A stretch of 64,000 bases of DNA from an uncultured Candidatus Saccharibacteria bacterium (GCA_963531145.1 CAUSEX010000001.1:7017-71016); one strand, 5' to 3'; positions 29,713-40,455 are shown, counted from the stretch's first letter. The notes: generated by a model from the letters alone, not told the origin. Numbers and translations: made by a program.

Positions 29713-31365
29713 ATGCAAAAAGATGTCATTTATATAGATGTAGAAGACGATGTTACTTCAATTATTGGCAAGATAAAAGCCGCTAATTCGAATATCGTTG
29801 CTTTGGTGCCGCCAAAGCGAATCGGGGCGATTCAGAGTGCAGTAAACCTTAAATTGGTGCATCGCGCGGCTGAGCGGGTCGATAAAAAACTGGTAATTAT
29901 TACTAATAATGATGCTTTGTCGACGCTTGCGGGCAGCGCGGGTATTCCGGTGGCTAAAAATTTGCAGAGTCGTCCAGAGTTAGCTGAGATTCCGGCTCTT
30001 GAAGTCAACAGTGACGATGACGTGATTGATGGATCGGAAACGTTGAACGGTGGCACTAAGCCTAACACGCTAGCTCCTGGCGATAAGAAAGAGCAGTCGT
30101 CTCTTAATGATGAGCTTAGCAAAATTGAAGATGAAGGAGAGGATGAGCTGCCGTCTTCTAAGGGTAAGGATGGCGGCGATAAGAAATCTGCTGACCAGGC
30201 GGATAGCAAGTCAAAAAGAAGTCCGAAAATCCCCGATTTTAATACTTTTCGTAAGAAGTTCTTCATTATCGGTGCGGCTGTTATTTTGTTGATTGCTGGT
30301 TTGGTGTGGGCGTTTGTGTTTGCGCCGCGAGCACAGATTGTCATTTCTGCGCAAACTAGTAGTGTAGCTGTTAACACTCATATCAAATCAAGCGTTGCGG
30401 TTAATACTAGTTTGCAAGATGGTACTGTCAAGCTGACAACCAAAACTAGAGAAAAAGCAATTTCTAAAACATTTACAGCTACCGGCAAGAAGGATGTCGG
30501 CGAAAAAGCGACTGGTATAGTAAGCTTTTCGACGCGCGATATTGACAATCTTGGTACAGAAATCCCAGCAGGAACAACTTTGACGACAGATTCTGGCGCC
30601 GAGTATGTTACCAATGAAGGCGTTAAAATCTCGCTTAGTAATTATCGTAATGCCAAGGTGAAAATTACTGCCGCACGCAGCGGCGCCAGCTATAATGGCG
30701 CTAGCGGTACAGTCAAGGGGGCGCCTAGCGGTATTTCAGCAAGTATTAGCGACTCGACGACGGGGGGCACTGACAAAACCATTACCGTCGTTCAACAAAG
30801 CGATATCAATAAAGCAATGCGCGAACTCGTCACCGAGGACGATAAGAACCAAAACAAAGCTGCTTTGCAAACTGAGTTTGGCAAGGATTACACAATTATC
30901 AATGAGTCATTTGCGGCGAACATTGCTGGGATTAATAAGCCTGCTGTTGATAGCGAGGCTAACGACGGCCAAGCGGCAATTACTGGTACAATGAAGTTCT
31001 CGCTTTCTGGTATTGCTCGCAGCGAGTTTGATACGTTTCTCAAAGCTTACTGCCAGCAACGCATTGACGGCAAGTCAAACCAGAAAATTTATGATACCGG
31101 CAGTAAAACAGTTTCTCTGACTAACATAGCTATTTCGGGCGATACGATTAATGCGACAGTCTCGGCGAACGGTAAAGTTGGTCCGAAAATTGACGAAGAC
31201 GCCATCAAGGAGTACGTCAAAGGCCAATCGGTCGGCGAGGTTCAAGAGCGCGTCAAGACAGTTGAAGGCATAAAATCAGTAGATGTGAACCTTTCGCCAT
31301 TTTGGGTTTATAGAGTTCCAGATGACACCAAGAAGATAAGCGTAAAGTTTCAGATAGATGGCTAA
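29713..31365 (+). CDS. Bitopic membrane protein with baseplate-J-like extracellular region
   Basis: Cytoplasmic N-domain, acidic linker, one TM, then KATG.V.F, IPAGT, V...A...G..YN, TGGT motifs recalled from baseplate J-like proteins. Confidence 0.65.
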   Translation: MQKDVIYIDVEDDVTSIIGKIKAANSNIVALVPPKRIGAIQSAVNLKLVHRAAERVDKKLVIITNNDALSTLAGSAGIPVAKNLQSRPELAEIPALEVNSDDDVIDGSETLNGGTKPNTLAPGDKKEQSSLNDELSKIEDEGEDELPSSKGKDGGDKKSADQADSKSKRSPKIPDFNTFRKKFFIIGAAVILLIAGLVWAFVFAPRAQIVISAQTSSVAVNTHIKSSVAVNTSLQDGTVKLTTKTREKAISKTFTATGKKDVGEKATGIVSFSTRDIDNLGTEIPAGTTLTTDSGAEYVTNEGVKISLSNYRNAKVKITAARSGASYNGASGTVKGAPSGISASISDSTTGGTDKTITVVQQSDINKAMRELVTEDDKNQNKAALQTEFGKDYTIINESFAANIAGINKPAVDSEANDGQAAITGTMKFSLSGIARSEFDTFLKAYCQQRIDGKSNQKIYDTGSKTVSLTNIAISGDTINATVSANGKVGPKIDEDAIKEYVKGQSVGEVQERVKTVEGIKSVDVNLSPFWVYRVPDDTKKISVKFQIDG

Positions 31366-31756
31366 GCAGTATTTGGCGCTTGACGTCGGCGAGCGGCGAA
31401 TTGGCGTGGCATCGGCAAGCAGCGATGTTAAGATTGCTGTACCAGGCGACTGGATTGATGTCGACGGCAAGGAACTCGATATTATCCGCGAGATGCTGAT
31501 TGACGAATCAATAGATGTTTTGGTAGTGGGTTATCCGCGCAATCAACGAGGTGAGCCGACCGCACAGACTCAGTATGTTGAAAACTTCGTTGATAGTCTT
31601 GGCCAAATTGAATCTGACGTTGTGTTCCAGGACGAATCGTTGACGAGCGTCAAAGCAGAAAATATCTTAGCATCGCAAAAACGTCCGTATAGTAAGGGCG
31701 AGATTGATTCTATGGCAGCTAGCATTATTTTACAAGATTATTTGGAGACTCAATAA
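31358..31756 (+). CDS. ruvX: RuvX/YqgF nuclease
   Basis: LALDVGERRIGVA, VVGYP, DESLTS, IDSMAASIILQDYL. Confidence 0.95.
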   Translation: MAKQYLALDVGERRIGVASASSDVKIAVPGDWIDVDGKELDIIREMLIDESIDVLVVGYPRNQRGEPTAQTQYVENFVDSLGQIESDVVFQDESLTSVKAENILASQKRPYSKGEIDSMAASIILQDYLETQ

Positions 31757-33048
31757 TGGATGGTTTCAAACGGCAGAATGGCCAACAATTTAATTATCAG
31801 CCGAATAATAATCGGCAAGTACCGCCGCTTGGCGCGGCTCCGCGTCCTGCGCCTCGTGCTATTGACCCAAATCAGCCAATGGGGCAAAAGGCTAATATTT
31901 CGCTTAATCCCGACCATGACGCTGCGAGTCAGAAGGTATCAAAGAAGAAACGTTGTCTTCGGCGATGGATGATTATTTTGATAACAGTCATGGTGTTTTT
32001 GATAGTGGTTTTTGCGGCACTATTTAAGTGGTATGAGATGCAGCTAAGACCAGTCTCTAGCGATAGCAATAAGGTGTCGGTTGCTATTGAAGACGGCTCC
32101 TCGGTCTCAACAGTTGCCAATACGCTGGCCAGCAAAAATCTTATTCGCAACCGATTAGCTTTTGAAGTCTATGTGCGCCTTAATAATAAGAATAGTATCA
32201 AAGCTGGTACTTGTATGATTGCTCCGTCTGAGTCGGTCGCTGATATTGTTAGCCGTATGAATAATGGTTGTCATGACTTCAAAACTATTACTTTCTATCC
32301 TGGCGGTACGTTAGAGAGTTCTAAGTATAAGGCTTCGCAGTCGTCTGATGGTGTTGATAAAACGAGCGTCCGTTATATCTTGCGCCAAGCAGGCTACTCT
32401 GATGATGAGATTTCAAATGCTTTCAAAGCGAAATACGATAGTCCTCTGTTTGCTGATCGTCCAAGCGGGTCGTCTTTGGAGGGCTACGTTTTTGGGGAGA
32501 CGTATCAATTTACGGGTGATGCCACAGCCAAAGATGTTTTACAGACAGTGTTTGATCACATGTACAAGGTTGTGCAGAAAAATGACTTAGTTAATAAGTT
32601 TAAGGCGCAAGGTTTGACGCTTTATCAAGGGTTGACTATGGCTTCGATTGTTGAGCGGGAATTGGGCTGCGAAGATAAGCCGACCGTCGAGCGCAAAAAT
32701 CGCTGTTATCAATACCAGCGGGGTATTGCGCAGGTGTTTATAGCTCGCTACAAGAAAAACATGCAGCTTGGTTCTGATGTAACCTTTATCTATGCTGCAG
32801 ACAAAGCTGGTGTTAAGCCTAAGGTGGATATTGATTCTCCGTATAATACTCGCAAGCATACTGGTTTGCCGCCGACGCCAATTGCGACACCTGGCGAACT
32901 ATCGCTTAAAGCGGTCGCTGATCCGGCGCCTGGCGATAACTTGTTCTTCATAGCTGGCGATGACGGTTTAATATATTTTGCCAAAACTGATGAGGAACAT
33001 AAAAACAATATTGACAAATACTGCCAGAAGTTGTGTAGTATCGTATAA
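31756..33048 (+). CDS. mltG: Endolytic transglycosylase
   Basis: TM anchor; LEGY.F.ETY, MASIVERE, SPYNT.K..GLPPTPI..PG, YFAKT.EEH. Confidence 0.93.
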   Translation: MDGFKRQNGQQFNYQPNNNRQVPPLGAAPRPAPRAIDPNQPMGQKANISLNPDHDAASQKVSKKKRCLRRWMIILITVMVFLIVVFAALFKWYEMQLRPVSSDSNKVSVAIEDGSSVSTVANTLASKNLIRNRLAFEVYVRLNNKNSIKAGTCMIAPSESVADIVSRMNNGCHDFKTITFYPGGTLESSKYKASQSSDGVDKTSVRYILRQAGYSDDEISNAFKAKYDSPLFADRPSGSSLEGYVFGETYQFTGDATAKDVLQTVFDHMYKVVQKNDLVNKFKAQGLTLYQGLTMASIVERELGCEDKPTVERKNRCYQYQRGIAQVFIARYKKNMQLGSDVTFIYAADKAGVKPKVDIDSPYNTRKHTGLPPTPIATPGELSLKAVADPAPGDNLFFIAGDDGLIYFAKTDEEHKNNIDKYCQKLCSIV

Positions 33049-33052
33049 AGTA

Positions 33053-33082
33053 TTGACATTAACGCTAGTGATTTGCTATAAT
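33053..33082 (+). promoter_or_regulatory. Consensus sigma70 promoter of the LysM-CHAP gene
   Basis: TTGACA-18 nt-TATAAT with extended TG. Confidence 0.8.
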
Positions 33083-33170
33083 ATAGAGTATACACGAGGA
33101 CTTGCAGGAACAATTATGAATTATTGCCAGCTCTATCGTGCTCATAATATGATTTTCTAGGAGAACCATT

Positions 33171-34370
33171 ATTAGTACGCAACCAAATCGAGTTAAAACT
33201 AATTTTGTACCGAGCGCAAAGGCTCATTCTAGCAAAACTAAAAGGCGCGGTGGTGTTTCTTGGACTTCCGTAGTATCGTATGTCGGCGTTTTTCTATTCA
33301 TAGCAACGCTAATTGCTATCGGACAACGTCCAGTCGGCGTTCAGGAAGGTAGTAATAATACGCCGCTGGCTAATGCCTCTACCTCAAGCACTAAAAATAC
33401 TGTAGCAGCTGCAACTTCCGCTAGTACGGTAGACCCGGTTGTCGCTACGAACATAGCTTCGTCGCTAGCAGACACTACCAGCATGCCAGTTAGCGCTAAC
33501 GTGGCGACACTTTCTCAGACGCTGACTATTGAAACGGTAATGTCGCAGACCTCCAGTAATGCGATTAGTAAGCCGCAGATTGTCCAGCCGACAGCTAATT
33601 CGCGGGCGGCTACTACTTATACCACCAAGGCTGGCGATACAGTTGATGCAGTAGCCAGCAAATATGGACTCAAGAAAGAGACTATAGCTTGGGCTAATAA
33701 TCTATCGTCTGATGCGCTGGAGCCAAATACTACTTTAACAATTCTGCCAGTTGATGGTGTTCAGCATACCGTTAAGGCGGGTGACTCTGTTGATAGTATT
33801 GTTGCCAAGTATGGCGGTAATAAGGCCGATGTGGTGTCGTATAATGACCTGGAACTCGCTGGCTCGCTAACTGAAGGTAGGAATATTATTGTTCCTGGCG
33901 GTGCTTTGCCAGAAAATGAACGTCCAGGATATGTGGCTCCTCGTGCTGCGGCTAGTAATCGGCGCAGCGCTTATGGGTATGGGTCGGGCCTGGGCGGTTA
34001 CGGAAGCAATTACAATGGGGTTATCTCTGCCGGTAACAAATATGCATGGGGGAACTGTACTTGGTATGCTTACGAACGCCGAATGCAGCTAGGACGCCCA
34101 GTTGGTAGCTTCTGGGGTAATGCTAGTACTTGGGCTTATGCGGCAGCAGCGGCTGGATTGGCAGTTAATGGTACGCCGGCGCCTGGCGCAATAATGCAAA
34201 ACGGCGGCGGATACGGCCATGTGGCGATTGTCGAGAGCGTTAATCCGGGCGTATCAATCACAATTAGCGAGATGAACGGTTATCGCTTTGGCGGCGGCTT
34301 CAATCGCGTTGGTCATGGCCAGATTTCCTGGGGCGAGGCCACTAGCGGTTACTATAGGTATATTCACTAA
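33171..34370 (+). CDS. Membrane-anchored 2xLysM + CHAP peptidoglycan hydrolase (probable ATT start; first in-frame ATG at 33483)
   Basis: LysM 'YTTKAGDTV..VA.KYG', 'HTVKAGDS'; CHAP 'GNCTWYA...WGNA..W...GHVAIVE...ISEMN'; frame open back to 33153 and encodes a TM helix. Confidence 0.88.
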   Translation: MSTQPNRVKTNFVPSAKAHSSKTKRRGGVSWTSVVSYVGVFLFIATLIAIGQRPVGVQEGSNNTPLANASTSSTKNTVAAATSASTVDPVVATNIASSLADTTSMPVSANVATLSQTLTIETVMSQTSSNAISKPQIVQPTANSRAATTYTTKAGDTVDAVASKYGLKKETIAWANNLSSDALEPNTTLTILPVDGVQHTVKAGDSVDSIVAKYGGNKADVVSYNDLELAGSLTEGRNIIVPGGALPENERPGYVAPRAAASNRRSAYGYGSGLGGYGSNYNGVISAGNKYAWGNCTWYAYERRMQLGRPVGSFWGNASTWAYAAAAAGLAVNGTPAPGAIMQNGGGYGHVAIVESVNPGVSITISEMNGYRFGGGFNRVGHGQISWGEATSGYYRYIH

Positions 34371-34434
34371 GTATTTTACAAAACTAATTAACACCTATGT
34401 CAAATCGGAGGTATTTTTGGTATAATGTGTCTGT

Positions 34435-35739
34435 ATGTTTGTTGATATAGCTAAAGTTTCAGTCCAGGCGGGCCGCGGCGGCGACGGCGCGGTCAGTTTT
34501 CGCCACGAGATTTACGTTGATAAAGGCGGTCCGGATGGCGGCGATGGTGGTCGCGGCGGTAATGTTGTGTTTTTGGCGACGGAACAGCTTAATACGCTAT
34601 TAAACTTTCGTTACAAACCCGAGCTAAAGGCTGAAAATGGTGTCTCGGGCGCCAAGAAAAAAATGGCAGGCCGCGCTGGCAAGGACTTAGTTATTAAAGT
34701 GCCAGTTGGTACCATAGTCAAGCGTGATGGTAAAATCATCGCCGATTTATCTAAACCAAACCAAGAAACTGTTATTGCTAAGGGTGGCGATGGCGGTTTC
34801 GGCAATGCTCACTTTAAGTCGAGCGTTCGTCAAACGCCGCGTATGGCAGAGTTGGGTGAACTTGGCGAATCGTTCGAGGCAGAACTAGAATTGAAATTAT
34901 TGGCTGATGTCGGTTTGGTGGGTTTTCCTAATGCTGGTAAGTCAACTTTTTTGAGTGTAGTGTCAAATGCTCGTCCTGAAATTGCAGATTATGAATTTAC
35001 TACGTGGACGCCGAATCTCGGTGTAGCTGATGTCGATGACAGCTCGCTTTTAATCGCTGATATTCCAGGGTTGATTGAAGGGGCTAGTGATGGTAAAGGA
35101 TTAGGGGATGCCTTTTTGCGGCACATTGAGAGGACTGCTGTACTGCTCCATCTGGTGGACGCTTATAGTAACGACGTAGCTGAGCGCTACCTGGCGATCC
35201 GTCGCGAACTTAAAAAATATAGTGTCGAGCTAGTGTCACGTCCTGAGATAGTAGCCCTGACTAAATGTGAAGGGCTAGATCGGGATATTGTTCAAATGCA
35301 AATTGATGCCTTAAGAGCTGTCGCCAGCGAGGACACGCAGGTTTTCGCTATTTCTTCGGTATCGCATAAAGGCGTAATTGATGTACTGAGAGCTCTGCAG
35401 GTGCAAGTTGTAGCAACGCGCGCAGCCGAGAATGAGCAGAAGCAGGCTGACGATTTGAATAACGATAAACTTGAGACAATCACGCTCAGTGGCAACGAGA
35501 CGATCTCGAGCAGTTGGGAAGTTTCATACGATGCTGATAAGCAAATCTACCGTGTGTTTGGCGGCAAGATAGAAAAATTCGCTCGCCGCACTAACTTTGA
35601 TCAGTTTGAAAGCGTCAATCGTTTACGCGATATCATGCGTCGTTATGGTATCACGCACGAGCTAATGCGCCAAGGTGCTACTGGTGATAGCTTGGTGCAG
35701 ATTGGCGAATCGATGCCGTTTACGCTGGTTGAGCAGTAG
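34435..35739 (+). CDS. obgE: GTPase ObgE
   Basis: MFVD, GGPDGGDGG, GLVGFPNAGKST, DIPGLIEGAS.G.GLG..FL.HIER. Confidence 0.98.
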   Translation: MFVDIAKVSVQAGRGGDGAVSFRHEIYVDKGGPDGGDGGRGGNVVFLATEQLNTLLNFRYKPELKAENGVSGAKKKMAGRAGKDLVIKVPVGTIVKRDGKIIADLSKPNQETVIAKGGDGGFGNAHFKSSVRQTPRMAELGELGESFEAELELKLLADVGLVGFPNAGKSTFLSVVSNARPEIADYEFTTWTPNLGVADVDDSSLLIADIPGLIEGASDGKGLGDAFLRHIERTAVLLHLVDAYSNDVAERYLAIRRELKKYSVELVSRPEIVALTKCEGLDRDIVQMQIDALRAVASEDTQVFAISSVSHKGVIDVLRALQVQVVATRAAENEQKQADDLNNDKLETITLSGNETISSSWEVSYDADKQIYRVFGGKIEKFARRTNFDQFESVNRLRDIMRRYGITHELMRQGATGDSLVQIGESMPFTLVEQ

Positions 35740-35777
35740 GTTTGGGTGTCATCTCGTAGCTTTGCTATACTATAGGT

Positions 35778-37193
35778 ATGGCACAAACATTTTTCTTCTA
35801 TGACCTAGAAACCAGCGGATTAAATCCGTGGCAAGACCGCATCATGCAGTTTGCTGGTCAGCGGACGGACATGAATCTCGAACCGATTGGCGAGCCGTAT
35901 AATCTATTGGTGGCGCTGAATGATGATACTTTGCCGAGCCCCGATGCGCTGATGGTGACTGGCATCACGCCGCAAAAAACGGTTGAGGAGGGCTACAGCG
36001 AGGCACAGTTTGCCCGGATGTTGAGTGAGGAAATTTTCACGCCAGACACCATTGCGGTTGGCTTTAATAACATTCGGTTTGACGACGAATTTATCCGCCA
36101 TTTGTTGTGGCGCAATTTTCATGATCCGTACGAGTGGAGCTGGAAAGACGGTCGCTCACGTTGGGATTTGCTGGATGTGGTGCGATTGACGCGGGCGCTT
36201 AGGCCGGAAGGAATCAATTGGCCGCTTGATGACAAAGGTGAGCCAAGTAACCGCTTGGAATTAATCACCAGCGCCAACGGTATAGCACATGAAAACGCTC
36301 ACGATGCTTTGGCGGACGTGACGGCGCTGATTGCCGTGACGAAATTGATTAAGCAAAAGCAGCCGCAGCTGTATGACTATTTACTAAAAATGCGTGACAA
36401 AAAAGTAGTCCAGCAACTGGTTAATGTAGATGACAAGAAACCGTTTGTCTATGCCAGCGGGCGCTACGATAAAGAATTTGCCAAAACCACGGTAGCCTTT
36501 CCGCTGACGACCAGTCGAAACGGCGGCGTGGTTGTCTATGATCTGCGCTATGATCCGACGCCGTTTGTTGAGCTGAGTACTGAAGAATTATCGAAGAAAA
36601 TCTTTGCTTCGTGGGAAGAGCGCCAGGCCGAAGATTTCGTTAAATTGCCAGTCAAAGAGTTGCAGTACAATCGCTGTCCGGCAGTGGCGCCGCTGGGTGT
36701 GTTAGAACAAGGCGATGGCTGGCAGAAGATTTCGCTTGATCTAAAGACAGTGCAGAAACATCAAAATATTTTACTGAATCACCCGGACTTTGCCGAAAAA
36801 TTACGGACTATTTTTGAAAACAAGCCAGCCTTCAAAAAACTGCCCGATCCAGAAGCGCAATTGTATGATGGCTTTTTGAACGACCGTGATCGTATCCGTG
36901 TCGAAGCGGTGCGCAATGCTGACGAGCGCGAGCTGGCTGATTTTGATCCAGAGTTTCAGGACGAACGGTTAACGCCGCTGTTGCTACACTACAAGGCACG
37001 TAATTTTCCGCGCTCACTCAGCGAAGATGATTTGGCGCAATGGGAAGCCTGGCGAGCTCAGCACTTGCAGGCACAATTGCCGCAATTTATGGTATCTCTG
37101 CAGCGGTTAGCGCCGACAGCAACTGACGAGCAGCAGTTTATTTTACAAGAATTGCAATTGTGGGCTGAGTCTACATTACCAGCTAGCGATTAG
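35778..37193 (+). CDS. sbcB: Exodeoxyribonuclease I
   Basis: YDLETSG, QFAG.RTD, GFNNIRFDDE, ALRPEGINWP, AHDALADV, QLYDGF. Confidence 0.95.
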   Translation: MAQTFFFYDLETSGLNPWQDRIMQFAGQRTDMNLEPIGEPYNLLVALNDDTLPSPDALMVTGITPQKTVEEGYSEAQFARMLSEEIFTPDTIAVGFNNIRFDDEFIRHLLWRNFHDPYEWSWKDGRSRWDLLDVVRLTRALRPEGINWPLDDKGEPSNRLELITSANGIAHENAHDALADVTALIAVTKLIKQKQPQLYDYLLKMRDKKVVQQLVNVDDKKPFVYASGRYDKEFAKTTVAFPLTTSRNGGVVVYDLRYDPTPFVELSTEELSKKIFASWEERQAEDFVKLPVKELQYNRCPAVAPLGVLEQGDGWQKISLDLKTVQKHQNILLNHPDFAEKLRTIFENKPAFKKLPDPEAQLYDGFLNDRDRIRVEAVRNADERELADFDPEFQDERLTPLLLHYKARNFPRSLSEDDLAQWEAWRAQHLQAQLPQFMVSLQRLAPTATDEQQFILQELQLWAESTLPASD

Positions 37194-37212
37194 ATCTTTC
37201 GCGTGCCAGCCG

Positions 37213-37473
37213 CTATTCTTTTGGAGGTAAAGGACGTTGAATAGTATTTTCTATGTAGGTGAATATGTTTATGACTATCATTGCGTATAGCAATAACATA
37301 ACCCAGTATGGTACTGATATGTGCGTGCCAGGTATGGCGCCGACTAGTACGAAATTCATTAGCGAATCGTAAATGTCGTGGCGCAGCAAAAATAGAGGTA
37401 CACCGATAAGGCACGCCAATACAACACGAATCTTGATGCTGAGGACAGCGAATAGTTCAATTAATGCTCTCAT
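37213..37473 (-). CDS. Small hypothetical membrane protein
   Basis: 86 aa with two hydrophobic segments, 'F.LVGAIPGT'; -10-like element just upstream. Confidence 0.6.
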   Translation of the reverse strand: MRALIELFAVLSIKIRVVLACLIGVPLFLLRHDIYDSLMNFVLVGAIPGTHISVPYWVMLLLYAMIVINIFTYIENTIQRPLPPKE

Positions 37474-37623
37474 TTGACTATACTATAGCAAATATACTAT
37501 AGTATGTGCAACGATAAGCACGATACAGTTTTAGTTTATTTGGATGATATTTAAAGTGTAATACGTGCACAGATGTTTTGCGGTAATGGATTTTTTTACC
37601 GAAAAATGCTAAAATAAGTAGTC

Positions 37624-40455
37624 ATGTCAGATAGTATCAAGATCACCGGTGCACGCCAGAATAACTTAAAAAACGTGAGTTTGGAAATTCCACGCGATAG
37701 GTTTGTGGTGGTAACAGGACTTAGCGGTAGCGGTAAATCAAGCCTGGTTTTCGATACTATCTATGCCGAAGGACAACGGCGCTATGTTGAAAGCTTGAGC
37801 AGTTATGCGCGGCAATTCTTGGGCATCATGGACAAGCCAGATGTTGACTCAATTGATGGATTGAGCCCGGCAATTTCAATAGATCAAAAATCAACCAGTC
37901 GTAATCCGCGTTCAACGGTTGCCACGGTAACAGAAATTTACGACTATTTACGCTTGTTGTTCGCGCGTGTTGGCGTACCTCATTGTCCGGCGCTTTTGCC
38001 AGATGGTAAGCGCTGCGGCAAGCCGGTACAACGACGAACAGCACAATCAATTATTGATGAAATCATGAAATTGCCTGAAGGCGCAAAATTAATGATCCTG
38101 GCGCCGATTGTTAACCAGAAAAAAGGCGAGTTTCAGCATATTCCTGAACAGTATATGCGCAGCGGCTTTGCTCGAGCGCGAGTAGACGGTGTAATTTATG
38201 CGTTAGACGAATTTCCAGAATTGCAAAAGAGTTTTAAACATGATATCGAATTGGTCGTAGACCGCTTGGTGATGCGTCCAGACATGATTTCGCGCGTATC
38301 GCAATCAGTCGAACAATCGTTAGAATTGGCTGGCGGCATAGTCCAAGTGTTGGATGCAGATAGTGGCGAAATTTTGACTTATAGCCAGCGCTATGCTTGT
38401 GTGGATCACCCGGGCGAGGAGATTCCTGAATTGGAGCCGCGGCTATTCAGTTTTAACGCGCCGCAAGGTGCTTGTCCGGTATGTACGGGGCTGGGCACAC
38501 GAATGGAGATTGATCCTAGCTTGGTTTTTAACAAAAATTTGACGATTGCCGAAGGTGCGATTCGTCCGTTTAATCGTTTCAGTGTTGATGCTTGGTATAT
38601 GAAACGGCTTGAAGCGGTAGCGGCTAAACATGGTTTTAGTCTACACGTACCAGTGCGCGAGCTAAGCGACGATGTGCGGAAATTATTGATGTATGGCACA
38701 GGCGAGCAAAAATATCGTGTTGAGCTAGGTAATGGCCGGCACTATGATTCAACCTTTGAAGGGATTATTCCAAATCTCGAGCGTCGTCACCGCGAAACTG
38801 ATAGCGACTTCATGCGCAAAGATATTGAGCGATTTATGCGTGAACGCAAATGCACAGCCTGCAAAGGCGCTCGCCTCAAGCCGGTAGTCTTAGCAGTGAC
38901 GGTTAGCGGCTTGTCAATTATGGATATTTGTAATTTAGATGTCGAGAATGCCTTAGACGTCTTTAGTCAGCTTAAATTTGACGACAACGAAATGAAGATT
39001 GTCAAGCTAGTGGTTAAAGAGATTAACGCTCGTCTGGGATTTATGAATAACGTAGGGTTGAATTATCTAGAACTGGGGCGAGCTGCTAACACTCTGAGTG
39101 GCGGCGAGGCACAGCGGATTCGTCTAGCGACACAGATTGGCTCTGGGCTGCAAGGGGTGCTATATGTGTTAGACGAGCCGTCAATCGGCTTGCATCAGCG
39201 CGACAATGATCGATTGATCAAAACGCTCAAGCATTTGCGCGACCTCGGCAATACTGTATTGGTGGTCGAACATGACGAAGAGACAATCGCTGCAGCTGAT
39301 TTTTTGGTGGATGTAGGTCCAGGTGCTGGCGTGCATGGCGGCGAGATTGTAGCTGCCGGCACGCCAGCCGAGGTGGCACAGAATCCGGCCAGTATTACCG
39401 GACGATATTTATCTGGAGCAGAGAAAATATCGGTGCCTAAGAAACGTCGTGCGGTCGAGAAAGATCGCAAACTTGTCGTTCGCGGTGCTAAGGAGAATAA
39501 CCTCAAAAATATTGATGTCGAGTTTCCGTTGGGTGTAATGACACTAGTGACTGGCGTTAGCGGTAGCGGCAAATCGACACTAGTTAATGACATTGTAGCC
39601 AACGAATTGACGGCGCGTCTGCATCGAGCGCAGACTGTGCCCGGCGATCATGATAGGATTGACGGCGTCAAGCAATTAGATAAAGCTATCGTCATTGATC
39701 AGTCGGCGATAGGCCGCACGCCGCGCTCTAATCCAGCAACTTATACGGGTGTGTTCACACAGATTCGCGAACTGTTTGCTAATACCCCCGAGGCTAATAT
39801 TCGCGGTTACAAAGCGGGGCGCTTTAGCTTCAATGTCAAGGGCGGACGCTGCGAGAATTGCCAAGGCGACGGTGTGATAAAGATTGAAATGCATTTCTTA
39901 CCGGATGTATATATACAATGTCCAGAATGCCACGGAAAGCGTTACAACCGCGAAGCGCTAGAGATTAAATATAAAGATAAAACCATTAGCGATATCCTAG
40001 AAATGACGGTCGAGCAAGCCTGCGAGTTCTTTACTAATATTCCAGCAATCTCCCGCAAGCTCGAGACAATTAACGAAGTTGGTTTGGGCTATGTTAAGCT
40101 TGGGCAACCAGCGACGACGTTCTCTGGCGGCGAGGCGCAGCGCATTAAATTGGCAGCAGAGCTATCGCGTCGTTCAACTGGTAAAACACTTTATATACTC
40201 GACGAGCCAACGACTGGCTTGCATACTGCTGATGTGCGCAAATTGCTCGAGATTTTACAAAAATTAGTTGATGGTGGCAACAGTATGATAATCATTGAGC
40301 ATAATCTGGAAGTCATTAAATGCGCTGACTGGATTATTGATATGGGTCCAGAGGGTGGACAAGGCGGCGGCAGAGTGGTTGCTGCTGGCACACCAGAAGA
40401 CGTCGCAAACAATCCAGAAAGTCAAACTGGGAAATACTTACAGAAGCTGTTATAA
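37624..40455 (+). CDS. uvrA: Excinuclease ABC subunit A
   Basis: Two Walker A motifs ([16 protein letters not shown]), [25 protein letters not shown], zinc fingers. Confidence 0.99.
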   Translation: MSDSIKITGARQNNLKNVSLEIPRDRFVVVTGLSGSGKSSLVFDTIYAEGQRRYVESLSSYARQFLGIMDKPDVDSIDGLSPAISIDQKSTSRNPRSTVATVTEIYDYLRLLFARVGVPHCPALLPDGKRCGKPVQRRTAQSIIDEIMKLPEGAKLMILAPIVNQKKGEFQHIPEQYMRSGFARARVDGVIYALDEFPELQKSFKHDIELVVDRLVMRPDMISRVSQSVEQSLELAGGIVQVLDADSGEILTYSQRYACVDHPGEEIPELEPRLFSFNAPQGACPVCTGLGTRMEIDPSLVFNKNLTIAEGAIRPFNRFSVDAWYMKRLEAVAAKHGFSLHVPVRELSDDVRKLLMYGTGEQKYRVELGNGRHYDSTFEGIIPNLERRHRETDSDFMRKDIERFMRERKCTACKGARLKPVVLAVTVSGLSIMDICNLDVENALDVFSQLKFDDNEMKIVKLVVKEINARLGFMNNVGLNYLELGRAANTLSGGEAQRIRLATQIGSGLQGVLYVLDEPSIGLHQRDNDRLIKTLKHLRDLGNTVLVVEHDEETIAAADFLVDVGPGAGVHGGEIVAAGTPAEVAQNPASITGRYLSGAEKISVPKKRRAVEKDRKLVVRGAKENNLKNIDVEFPLGVMTLVTGVSGSGKSTLVNDIVANELTARLHRAQTVPGDHDRIDGVKQLDKAIVIDQSAIGRTPRSNPATYTGVFTQIRELFANTPEANIRGYKAGRFSFNVKGGRCENCQGDGVIKIEMHFLPDVYIQCPECHGKRYNREALEIKYKDKTISDILEMTVEQACEFFTNIPAISRKLETINEVGLGYVKLGQPATTFSGGEAQRIKLAAELSRRSTGKTLYILDEPTTGLHTADVRKLLEILQKLVDGGNSMIIIEHNLEVIKCADWIIDMGPEGGQGGGRVVAAGTPEDVANNPESQTGKYLQKLL

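Noticed and set aside
34990..35830. Unexpected Trp codons in conserved contexts (ObgE FTTWTP, ExoI NPWQDR) suggesting recoding
   Set aside because: They are ordinary TGG codons and TGA serves as a stop elsewhere (rsmA, iscS); probably point variants or consensus errors
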